Shown one piece after another: positions 29,255-37,561 of a stretch of 64,000 nt of DNA; positions within the stretch are counted from its first letter, which is position 1; every line of letters begins with the position of its first letter. The position numbers and the translations under genes were made by a program. Below the pieces are notes generated by a model. The model saw only the letters and a list, made by a program, of their open reading frames with translations. It made no database searches and had not been told where the DNA came from. This DNA is from Candidatus Campbellbacteria bacterium (GTDB lineage Bacteria > Patescibacteriota > Minisyncoccia > Phycocordibacterales > CSBR16-193), in the NCBI GenBank assembly GCA_007117035.1, contig SKHG01000054.1:1060-65059 (forward strand). The letters run 5' to 3'.

Positions 29255-29695
29255 TTACGACTTTTCCTGTTTTGGTAAACTACCACCAGCCTTCTTTATC
29301 TTTTCACCAGCTGAGGCTGAAAAGATACATCCGTCAACATTAATTTTTTTGGTAATACCACCATTACCTAGAATCTTTATAGCCTTACGGTCATTTTTCT
29401 TGACCAATCTCTTTTCTACCAGAGTTTCTCTAGAAACAGTTTCGCCTGCTGCAAAATTTTTATCTATCTCAGAAAGATTCAAGATAGTAAATGTTATTTT
29501 TCTACCCTTAAATAAATGACCTCTCAGTTTAGGAACTGATTTAATAATATCTCTAACTGCTGGTCTTATTCCAGTTCCAGCTCTAGCTTTTTGCCCTTTG
29601 TGTCCTCGACCTGAAGTCTTACCCCTTGATCCTCCTCGACCAACTCTTTTTGCTCTAGGTCCTGTTCTTTTTGGTTTTAAATCGTGAATTTGCAT
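29255..29695 (-). CDS. rplO: 50S ribosomal protein L15
   Basis: RVGRGGSRGKTSGRGHKGQKARAG; start moved to ATG at 29695. Confidence 0.95.
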   Translation of the reverse strand: MQIHDLKPKRTGPRAKRVGRGGSRGKTSGRGHKGQKARAGTGIRPAVRDIIKSVPKLRGHLFKGRKITFTILNLSEIDKNFAAGETVSRETLVEKRLVKKNDRKAIKILGNGGITKKINVDGCIFSASAGEKIKKAGGSLPKQEKS

Positions 29696-29699
29696 ATTA

Positions 29700-30299
29700 T
29701 TATTTATTCTCTTCAATCAACTTCAGACTAGAAAGCGCTTCGATGGCTGCCCGAGCGTTGTTAAAAGGATTTTTACTTCTAGAAAAAATCTTAGCACTGA
29801 TATCAGTCACTCCAGCCAAGACAAGGACGGTTCGAACAGAACTTCCAGCAATAACACCTTTACCTTTTGCTGGTTTAATCAAAATATCAGATGCGGTGTA
29901 ACGAGCCCTAACTTCATGTGAGATACTCATTTCTTCTGTTAAATTCAACTTAACCATTTTCTTTTTAGCATCGTTGTAGGCTTTTTCGATTGCCAAAGCT
30001 GTGTCTCCAGCCTTACCCATTCCAACTCCAACAGATCCTTTCTTGTCACCGATAACAATAGAAACACTAAAACCAAACCGTCGTCCTCCTGCCATAACTC
30101 GAGTTACTCTTCGTATACTAATGATTTTCTGAGCAAACTCAGATCTTTGTTTACGAGGTGCTCCACGTCGTCCTCGAAATGATTGTCTGCGATTATCATT
30201 TCCACCTGCTGGATTATTAGCTCCAGTATTTCCACCAAAATTTTGGTTAGGTTTAGGGCTTGTTGTGTTTTTGTTTTCTGTTGTTTCTGTAGTTGTCAT
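29700..30299 (-). CDS. rpsE: 30S ribosomal protein S5
   Basis: RRVTRVMAGGRRF, GVIAGSSVR. Confidence 0.96.
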   Translation of the reverse strand: MTTTETTENKNTTSPKPNQNFGGNTGANNPAGGNDNRRQSFRGRRGAPRKQRSEFAQKIISIRRVTRVMAGGRRFGFSVSIVIGDKKGSVGVGMGKAGDTALAIEKAYNDAKKKMVKLNLTEEMSISHEVRARYTASDILIKPAKGKGVIAGSSVRTVLVLAGVTDISAKIFSRSKNPFNNARAAIEALSSLKLIEENK

Positions 30300-30305
30300 A
30301 ATTTT

Positions 30306-30656
30306 TTAAAAAATAAGTCCGTTTTCACGAGCACTGTCTGCCAAAGCTTTAATCTTGCCAGTATATATAAAACCACCTCGGTCAAAAACTACTTTCTCAA
30401 TTTTTTTTGCCTTAGCTTGTTTGGCAATTTCTTTACCAACAGCTTTAGCGCCTTCAATGTTTCCACCAACCCCCAAGACCTTAGAAGAAGTTCCAACTAT
30501 AGTCTTTTGAGCTCGATCATCAATCAACTGAACAGTAAGAGCTGTGTTAGAACGATAAACAGAAAGCCTTGGCCGTTCAGCAGTACCTTTAATCTGAGAA
30601 CGGATTTTTTTATGCCGTCTGTCTCTTTTTTGTATTCTCTGTTGTACAGTTTTCAT
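30306..30656 (-). CDS. rplR: 50S ribosomal protein L18
   Basis: [26 protein letters not shown]. Confidence 0.96.
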   Translation of the reverse strand: MKTVQQRIQKRDRRHKKIRSQIKGTAERPRLSVYRSNTALTVQLIDDRAQKTIVGTSSKVLGVGGNIEGAKAVGKEIAKQAKAKKIEKVVFDRGGFIYTGKIKALADSARENGLIF

Positions 30657-30688
30657 ATTATCTAAATAAAGTCTATATTATATTGAAT

Positions 30689-31225
30689 CTAAGCTGATTT
30701 CTTACCTTGCTTCATCTTAACAACCTCACCTTCGTATCTAATTCCCTTTCCTTTGTAAGGTTCAGGTTTTTTAATTGCCCTAACTTTTCCAGCAAACAGT
30801 CCAACCATTTCTTTGTCGACTCCTGATACAGAAATAAGGTTTTTTTCAGCTGTGACAGTCAAACCTTCTGGAATCTTAACAGCGACTGGATGTGAAAAAC
30901 CGACAGAAAGAACCAACTCAGAACCTTTAACTTCTGATCTATAACCAACACCCTGAACACTGAGCTTCTTTTCAAAGCCTTCAGTAACACCTTGAACCAT
31001 ATTAGAAACATGAGAAGAGTAGGTTCCCCACAGTGCTTTTGTTTTAATATCATTTTTCTTAGGAACAAAGGAGATCTCCTTGTCATCAATTTTAATCTCG
31101 ATAACAGAATTAAATCTTCTCTCTAAGCTTCCTTTTGGACCAGTTACGGAAAAAACCCCATCTTCAGAAATTGAAGTAGTTACTCCGGCCGGTATTTGTA
31201 GTATCTGTTTTCCTATTCTAGACAT
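30689..31225 (-). CDS. rplF: 50S ribosomal protein L6
   Basis: MSRIGK start at 31225, PEPYKGKGIRY. Confidence 0.96.
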   Translation of the reverse strand: MSRIGKQILQIPAGVTTSISEDGVFSVTGPKGSLERRFNSVIEIKIDDKEISFVPKKNDIKTKALWGTYSSHVSNMVQGVTEGFEKKLSVQGVGYRSEVKGSELVLSVGFSHPVAVKIPEGLTVTAEKNLISVSGVDKEMVGLFAGKVRAIKKPEPYKGKGIRYEGEVVKMKQGKKSA

Positions 31226-31232
31226 ATTATAA

Positions 31233-31628
31233 TTACCAAATTTCAAAAAGGACCTCGCCACCAACTTTTTCTTGCTTTGCCTTATCACCCGAAAGAACTC
31301 CTTTAGGAGTTGAGATTACAACCCGACCTAGACCACCACGGACAGGACGGATATCCCCAAAACCCTTATAAACTCTAAGGGATTGCTTAGAAACTCTTTT
31401 AGCACTGCTTATTGTTGGCTTTCCTTCTTTGTCATAGTTTAACTCAACCTCGATAAACCTTCGACCCCCGCGATTCTTAATCTCAACAGATCCCACAAAC
31501 CCTTCCTGCTGTAAAACTGAAAGAGAGGAGAAAAGAATATTAGAGTGAGGAATTAAAACAGAACTCTTTCCGGCGGAACCGGCGTTTCTTAACTTTGCTA
31601 GCATATCTGCAATTGAATCAGTAGACAT
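31233..31628 (-). CDS. rpsH: 30S ribosomal protein S8
   Basis: DSIADML..LRNA, ISTPKGV, GGEVLFEIW. Confidence 0.96.
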   Translation of the reverse strand: MSTDSIADMLAKLRNAGSAGKSSVLIPHSNILFSSLSVLQQEGFVGSVEIKNRGGRRFIEVELNYDKEGKPTISSAKRVSKQSLRVYKGFGDIRPVRGGLGRVVISTPKGVLSGDKAKQEKVGGEVLFEIW

Positions 31629-31638
31629 ATTTAAAAAA

Positions 31639-31824
31639 TTACCAAGATGACTTCTTTATTCCAGGGATTTTACCCTCATTAGCCATTTCTCTAAAACAGA
31701 TACGGCATATATCAAAATCTCGCATATAACTTCGCTTTCTTCCACAAGCCGAGCAACGACGAACAATCCGACAGCTAAACTTCGGTTTTTTAAGCGATCT
31801 TGCTATTACTGATTTTTTTGCCAT
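31639..31824 (-). CDS. rpsN: 30S ribosomal protein S14, zinc-binding type Z
   Basis: RCSACGR...ICRICFRE...PGIKKSSW. Confidence 0.96.
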   Translation of the reverse strand: MAKKSVIARSLKKPKFSCRIVRRCSACGRKRSYMRDFDICRICFREMANEGKIPGIKKSSW

Positions 31825-31926
31825 ATTTACTGTTCCCTATAATTAGAAGCGTTACTTAAACCAATTCAAGTAATGATCCATAAACACTTCGAAAAAACAA
31901 AAACGCTCTATCGACAGCGTTGACCT

Positions 31927-31955
31927 ATGGTACCAAGATAGAGGTTCGGTGTCAA
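31927..31955 (-). promoter_or_regulatory. Sigma70 promoter for rpsN and the downstream spc genes
   Basis: TTGACA, 17 bp, TACCAT (TGG extended -10). Confidence 0.75.
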
Positions 31956-32038
31956 CGACTACAATCAAAAAACTGTACTTAAAACAATACCCAGCTTTTA
32001 TACACAATATATTACCAAAACAAAAACATAAAAAAGCT

Positions 32039-32067
32039 TTGCGTTTGTTAAGTATTTAGGCTACCAT
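32039..32067 (+). promoter_or_regulatory. Sigma70 promoter upstream of the acyltransferase leader
   Basis: TTGCGT, 17 bp, TACCAT. Confidence 0.55.
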
Positions 32068-32230
32068 ATATATAATGGTTCGATACCTGAAATTGATTCA
32101 TCTCTGGCCAAAGTTGGAAATAAATCCTAAAGGCCAACAAATTGACAGCTCGACTGTTTCAAATTTTTTATTTTTAAACCTCGTTCATATTTGATCGGGG
32201 TTTTTATTATTTAGTTTTTCTGTCAAAAAT

Positions 32231-32932
32231 ATGAACTTAATTAAAGTAATACCTCCCTTCATCATACATGCATTTGTAAAACCTAGTTTTTATCTTATGA
32301 TGAAATTCTTTTGCCGACTTGAAGTTCATGGTCGAGAAAATCTCCTAAAAAACAAAAAAATGATTTTGGCGCCAAATCATGTCAACGAGATCGATGCAGT
32401 TATCACCGGATCAGCTATACCATTACGATATCTGCGATTCCTGCCTATATTTTTTACCTCTTTACCAGGAGAGTACTATAAAGACCGAAATAAATTCGGG
32501 TGGCGATCATATCTATACAAAGAATGGTTCTTTAAGGTTTTAGGATCCTATCCAATAAAGAAAAATGTTAAAAACTATGCTCAATCATTAGAAAAACACA
32601 TTAAAATTTTACAAAGAGGATACAGTGTTTTGATCTTCCCAGAGGGAAAGATGGGAAATAACGAGGAACCCGGTGAAGTTCATGGAGGAGTGGCATACGT
32701 TGCCGAAGCAACCAACTCCAAAATCATACCCATACAAATCAAAGGTCATCTTAAAATGGGTTTCTTGGATTTCTTTCTACGCAGAAGAAAACTTTATGTA
32801 TATTACGGTAAACCAGTTGATATAAAGCCACTACTTGAAAGAAGGTCTGATCAACCGGTTGAGATTAGGTACCGAGAGGCTGTTAAAGAGATGTTGTCTA
32901 ACTTTAGAGACGACATCTCACTGAATAATTAA
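32231..32932 (+). CDS. Lysophospholipid acyltransferase (PlsC family)
   Basis: NHVNEID (NHx4D) and FPEG motifs. Confidence 0.9.
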   Translation: MNLIKVIPPFIIHAFVKPSFYLMMKFFCRLEVHGRENLLKNKKMILAPNHVNEIDAVITGSAIPLRYLRFLPIFFTSLPGEYYKDRNKFGWRSYLYKEWFFKVLGSYPIKKNVKNYAQSLEKHIKILQRGYSVLIFPEGKMGNNEEPGEVHGGVAYVAEATNSKIIPIQIKGHLKMGFLDFFLRRRKLYVYYGKPVDIKPLLERRSDQPVEIRYREAVKEMLSNFRDDISLNN

Positions 32933-33032
32933 ACTTATCCACAACACTCACAAAAACACTTATAACTAGCCAGTTTTGCAACTTTGGTCACAAGGGTGTT
33001 AGAATACCTGCTTACTAAAATAATATTAAGCA

Positions 33033-33761
33033 ATGCTCTTTAAAGAAACTGTCTTCAAACTAAAACTCGACCTAACTCTCCTCATTTTATCTGCCTTAGG
33101 TTTTAGTTTCTTTACCTGCCAAAGCAAAGAAGATCGGAAGACATCATATAAACTACGCTATGAGATCTATGGCCGGGAAGGTTATATAAATCCTGATGCA
33201 TATCTAGACAACCTAATGACTGACGAGTTCGACAAAAACTCTATCCAGATATTAGGAACATTTCGTGGACGAGCAATAGCTACTGCCCGAATCATTCTTT
33301 CGTCAAAAAAAGGGTTCCCTGTTGAAAAACTTTTTAATATAAAAACCTATTATCCAAAAAACAAGACTGCTGAGATTTCACGACTAGGAATTCATCCTGA
33401 CTTTCGATCAAGTAACAGTAAATACTCAAGATTTGTAATGCTTGGAGTAGCTGCATTAATGTATAAAGAAAGTTGTAGGATTGGAATTGATTATTGGTTG
33501 GCAGGTATGGCTGAAAAACTAGCAGGTTCTTTCAAACCTTTTGGAGCTGATTTTGAAAAACTAAGAGAATACACTCCAACTCGAGAAAACAAAAAAGCTA
33601 GAGGATATATTGATGGCTACTTTAAAAGATCCCCTATTCATCCGTATCTAACAGAGATTCGAGAGATACCTAAAAAAGGCTTAGCTTTGAGCAGTATAAT
33701 CAAACGAAAGAAAAAACACATACCAACACTTTCTGGAAATGAGTCCCCCGTACAAAGATAG
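33033..33761 (+). CDS. GNAT N-acyltransferase, FeeM N-acyl amino acid synthase / LuxI-fold
   Basis: YKLRYEIY..EGY, DEFD, IATARII, GFPVE, AEISRL. Confidence 0.8.
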   Translation: MLFKETVFKLKLDLTLLILSALGFSFFTCQSKEDRKTSYKLRYEIYGREGYINPDAYLDNLMTDEFDKNSIQILGTFRGRAIATARIILSSKKGFPVEKLFNIKTYYPKNKTAEISRLGIHPDFRSSNSKYSRFVMLGVAALMYKESCRIGIDYWLAGMAEKLAGSFKPFGADFEKLREYTPTRENKKARGYIDGYFKRSPIHPYLTEIREIPKKGLALSSIIKRKKKHIPTLSGNESPVQR

Positions 33762-33792
33762 ATTCTATTCGATGTTTTAAATTAGGACTCTT

Positions 33793-35415
33793 CTATTTTT
33801 TGATAACAGAATTTTTATCAAAAACCGGTAGCTCCACAATAAAGTTTGAACCCTTGCCTTCGCCTTCAGATTCAATCCAAATTTTTCCACTATGTGATTC
33901 GGTAATTTTTTTAGCCAAATACATTCCAAGACCACTTCCAGTAACACTAACCTTTTGAGCACCTTCGGCTCGCTTAAACTTGACAAATAATTTTGGAATT
34001 TCCTCTTTTGAAATACCAACTCCAGTGTCCGAGACTTCCAAACGAACCTTCTTACTATCAGGGCTTGAAACTCGAACTGTGATTGAGCCTTCTAGAGTGT
34101 ATTTTATAGAGTTGTCAATAATATTACCAACAACTTGCTCAAATTTATTCTCATCAATACTAACATTGTGATTTTCCCCTTCAATCTCTAATTTTAGTTT
34201 CAGACCTTTTTCTTCGACATTTGGCCTGTATTGATCAACCATATTTTTAACAACGTCAACTAGGTTCTTCTCCTCAAAATCATACTGCATTCTACCCTGC
34301 TCCATCCTGGAAACATTTAAGAAATCATTAACAATCTTGGACAAACCTTCTGTCGAATGTTGAACAGTGACTAACGGCTCTCTAACCTCTTCTGAGATCT
34401 TTCCATAATCACCTTCCAAGACCATAGAAACATATCCACGCATTGAAGTTAAAGGGGAGCGTATTTGGTGAGTAGCCAGTGAAAGAAACTCGGTCTTTAA
34501 CTGATCCAATTCCCGCAACTTCTCGTTGGCCTTTTCCAAATCCTTGGCAAGGTTTTCGATTTTTTCGCGTTGGTGGACTTCTTTGTAAACACTACGTATC
34601 AAAAGTACTCCCAAAAGAGTTACAAAAACAAAAAACAATGCTCTCAACGTAAATTCTAATATGGAATTCGATAAAACTACTTGAATAAATAAAACAGACA
34701 CTATAAACAAAACAAGTATTTCAGTAGCCACTGTTTTTACATTAAACATCTTATGCTTAATCATGGCATATCCAAAAAAGAATGGAAAGAATCCAACCAC
34801 AAAATTTCCATATGGTGGAAAATAAACATCGTACCACAATAAAAAGTTAGTAGCTCCACCTCCATAACCAAACACTGCGCTTAGTAATAAATAAAAGGAC
34901 CTTCCTTTAATTATGACAGATTTCGATTTTACGTATTGCTTTAAAATTACTACAACAGCATAGACGGCTAAAATCAAATAAATGAAGAAAATATAAAATG
35001 TATACAAAAAACCAGGATTAGGCCAAAATTTAAAGAACAACTTTTGCTCTAAGTCAGTAATTAAATATTGGGATGAAAAAAACAAAGATAACACAATAAC
35101 ACTAATATAAGAGACGATAATTACGAACTTTCTTAATTTATTAAAATCTTTAGATAATTCAACATTCCAATGAAAGAAAAAAATTGGGATATATAGAGAA
35201 CTGACAGCTAAAACATTAGTCCAAAAGAACGCTTGGTTATAATCACTACTGTTGAGCCATTGCCAATAACTTAAAGACCATGCAGCAAAAGAAATAGTAA
35301 GAAAAAAATAAAGAAAATGTTGTTTGTCCTTATTTCCCCTAAAGAACACAAGAGTTCCAAAAATTATTGCAAATAATCCATTTATAAGAGCTGATGTAGC
35401 AAAAATTTCAACCAT
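33793..35415 (-). CDS. Sensor histidine kinase with N-terminal multi-TM (HisKA_7TM-like) sensor
   Basis: Seven or more TM segments, H-box ATHQIRSPLT, N-box NIIDNSIKY, DTGVG, GSGLG. Confidence 0.92.
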   Translation of the reverse strand: MVEIFATSALINGLFAIIFGTLVFFRGNKDKQHFLYFFLTISFAAWSLSYWQWLNSSDYNQAFFWTNVLAVSSLYIPIFFFHWNVELSKDFNKLRKFVIIVSYISVIVLSLFFSSQYLITDLEQKLFFKFWPNPGFLYTFYIFFIYLILAVYAVVVILKQYVKSKSVIIKGRSFYLLLSAVFGYGGGATNFLLWYDVYFPPYGNFVVGFFPFFFGYAMIKHKMFNVKTVATEILVLFIVSVLFIQVVLSNSILEFTLRALFFVFVTLLGVLLIRSVYKEVHQREKIENLAKDLEKANEKLRELDQLKTEFLSLATHQIRSPLTSMRGYVSMVLEGDYGKISEEVREPLVTVQHSTEGLSKIVNDFLNVSRMEQGRMQYDFEEKNLVDVVKNMVDQYRPNVEEKGLKLKLEIEGENHNVSIDENKFEQVVGNIIDNSIKYTLEGSITVRVSSPDSKKVRLEVSDTGVGISKEEIPKLFVKFKRAEGAQKVSVTGSGLGMYLAKKITESHSGKIWIESEGEGKGSNFIVELPVFDKNSVIKK

Positions 35416-35418
35416 AAT

Positions 35419-36321
35419 TTATTTTTTAGCTATTAATATGCTATGAATCATCAGGGGTTCATAGTAGGAAATAATATTCTTTTTACAAAAACCAGAATTT
35501 TTTAAAAGCAACATCATTTCTTCACCAGATCTGTAAATCATTTTCCAATCTATAATATTGGTTACAAACCTTCTTTCTCTATTGTCATTTATGTTTGCAG
35601 TAATAAGTACACCGTCATCGTGTAAAACACTAAAGATATGATTAAATATTTGTAAAACTTTTTCATTAGGAAAATAATCGAGTAGACCAACCATTTCAAT
35701 TAAATCAAATTTTTTATCCTCACCCAAGGATCTCAGATAACTTCCAGCAGTATCATTTACCCAGGAAAAATGTACACGTTTTTCAAGCCCTTTTAAATTT
35801 ACCAATTTTTTACTATATTCAAGTGCGTGAATACTTTTATCCAAAAAAACAACCTCAATTTTGGATTGCAATTCATAATCTAATTCATTAAGTACTTCTA
35901 TAATTCCACGAGCAGATCCTGAAGCAATACTTAAAAATCTAACTTTTTCTTTGTTTTCCAGAATAGACAGTAAATTTATTTTAATTTCTCTTTTAGTTTT
36001 TTTAAGTCTATTCCTGACTCCTTTTGCATTATTTGTTTGAAACCAAATCTTATAAAAAAAATTTTCCAAATATGTTCTGAAATTCAATCGTGTTCCATTA
36101 TTATATAACACTTCTAAAGCGTAATATGTTGTTTTGTTCCTTATAACCTCTCCAGCTGACTTATTAGATTTTTCTATTAATCTCTTAAAAGACTTTGGTA
36201 GTGAGTTTAATACTGGAATAAACAATAAATTAATAATTTTTTTAAAGAAACTATTAGTTTCATACTTTAAATTTTTATCTTTATCTATAATTACGGTAAA
36301 ATTTCCTAATTTTTTTTTCAT
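35419..36321 (-). CDS. Class I SAM-dependent methyltransferase, PhcB-like
   Basis: SIASGSAR, FDLIEMVGLLDYF, GVLITANI, WKMIYRS; ends 3 bp before the kinase start. Confidence 0.75.
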   Translation of the reverse strand: MKKKLGNFTVIIDKDKNLKYETNSFFKKIINLLFIPVLNSLPKSFKRLIEKSNKSAGEVIRNKTTYYALEVLYNNGTRLNFRTYLENFFYKIWFQTNNAKGVRNRLKKTKREIKINLLSILENKEKVRFLSIASGSARGIIEVLNELDYELQSKIEVVFLDKSIHALEYSKKLVNLKGLEKRVHFSWVNDTAGSYLRSLGEDKKFDLIEMVGLLDYFPNEKVLQIFNHIFSVLHDDGVLITANINDNRERRFVTNIIDWKMIYRSGEEMMLLLKNSGFCKKNIISYYEPLMIHSILIAKK

Positions 36322-36435
36322 ACTTAATAATTTATTTCATTTCTGTAATTTTCATAATTAATGAATACATATCAAATAAATTTGATAGTTAATTATAATT
36401 TATTAAATAAAAACATGTTATCAACACAACAATTC

Positions 36436-36463
36436 TACCAAATTCCACTCCAAAAAGCGAAGT
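36436..36463 (-). repeat. 28-bp direct repeat, copy 1 (promoter-like)
   Basis: TACCAAATTCCACTCCAAAAAGCGAAGT, identical to 37450-37477. Confidence 0.9.
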
Positions 36464-36580
36464 CACTCTGAGATTGACGGGGGGTATAACATCTGTACCA
36501 TAAAATTAGATCCGATCTTTAATATCCGCGCACAGTTGTGTGGAGGGGTTGGATTGTACACTGAACGAAAGGAGTAAATT

Positions 36581-36805
36581 ATGAAAGTTATAAAAAAACA
36601 ATCCGGCATATTCTACAAATCATCTTCCTCTCAATATGTTTGGAACAGGTGCGTCGAGGTTGCTATCACCGAAAAGGTCGTCTCTGTTAGAGACTCGAAA
36701 GATCAATCAGGGCCGACTCTTCAATTCAGTCATTCTGAGTAGCAAGCGTTTTTGGAAGGAGTGAAAAATAACGAATTTGAACTCCAATCAATTTCAGTTG
36801 TATAA
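36581..36805 (+). pseudogene. DUF397 family small protein with an in-frame TAG
   Basis: MKVIKKQSGIFYKSSSSQYVWNRCVEVAITEKVVSVRDSKDQSGPTLQFSHSE*QAFLEGVKNNEF...; TAG at 36740 where the family has Trp; AAGGAG SD. Confidence 0.85.
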
Positions 36806-36817
36806 GGTATGCAACTC

Positions 36818-36848
36818 ACCGCCGGATAAATGTATCCGGCGGTTTTTT
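36818..36848 (+). terminator. Intrinsic terminator after the DUF397 gene
   Basis: ACCGCCGGATA-AATG-TATCCGGCGGT followed by TTTTT. Confidence 0.85.
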
Positions 36849-36886
36849 ATTACACCGCACTAGATGATATTTACACAACGAACGAG

Positions 36887-37426
36887 CTAACTATTCAAAG
36901 GCACAAAAGTGTTGGGCAAACTATCTGCAAAGTATTTTAGATGTCCGGCACCGCTTATTATTACTACTCGACCTTCTGATATCATTTTTCTTTTAATGTT
37001 CTGAATCATCTTTGCTTCCCGTATTTCTTCTTGTTCTTTACTAAAAATTATCTCCAGCAAAGGATGGTCTAAAAGCTCATTGAATTCCTTCCGATTAAAC
37101 TGCTTCCAAGTGTATTTTTTAATTATCTCCTCCTGTTCTTTGTGCAGTTTTCTGTACTCAGAACTTTTCGGTCCGTAACCTTCATTGAAGTACACATGGT
37201 CATCATCGACATCAAATATTTCAACCTTGATACCATTTTCCTCAGCCCAGTTATAGGCAAACAGCATTTCACTTCGGAAGCTATCTTTCTCCGCTGTGTC
37301 TTCATTTGGTTTATGGGATAACTCGACCAACGCTTGATCAGGCTGAATATTCCTTAACACTTCTTCTAATTCCAAGTGAGGTGTGTAACCTCCGTGAATG
37401 GTACCGATTATATAGATTTTTCTCAT
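36887..37426 (-). CDS. TraB/GumN/Tiki superfamily-like hydrolase
   Basis: IYIIGTIH, PDQALVEL, REAKM..NI, VVIISGAGHL; start moved to ATG at 37426. Confidence 0.6.
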   Translation of the reverse strand: MRKIYIIGTIHGGYTPHLELEEVLRNIQPDQALVELSHKPNEDTAEKDSFRSEMLFAYNWAEENGIKVEIFDVDDDHVYFNEGYGPKSSEYRKLHKEQEEIIKKYTWKQFNRKEFNELLDHPLLEIIFSKEQEEIREAKMIQNIKRKMISEGRVVIISGAGHLKYFADSLPNTFVPLNS

Positions 37427-37449
37427 TTTTATACTTAACACCAAAACTT

Positions 37450-37477
37450 TACCAAATTCCACTCCAAAAAGCGAAGT
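37450..37477 (-). repeat. 28-bp direct repeat, copy 2 (promoter-like)
   Basis: Identical to 36436-36463. Confidence 0.9.
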
Positions 37478-37494
37478 TTGTTAAGGTTTCAGGG

Positions 37495-37540
37495 TTAAAA
37501 AAACACCCAACTTTACGAATAAAGTTGGGTGTTTTTTTAA
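37495..37540 (-). terminator. Strong terminator after rplE
   Basis: 21-bp inverted repeat with a UUCG loop on the minus strand and T-tracts on both sides. Confidence 0.88.
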
Positions 37541-37561
37541 TTAAAGGAAAAATCTGAGAAT

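Noticed and set aside
5376-32943. Scattered single DnaA-box 9-mers (5376, 6552, 32935)
   Set aside because: Isolated matches are expected in AT-rich DNA and show no clustering
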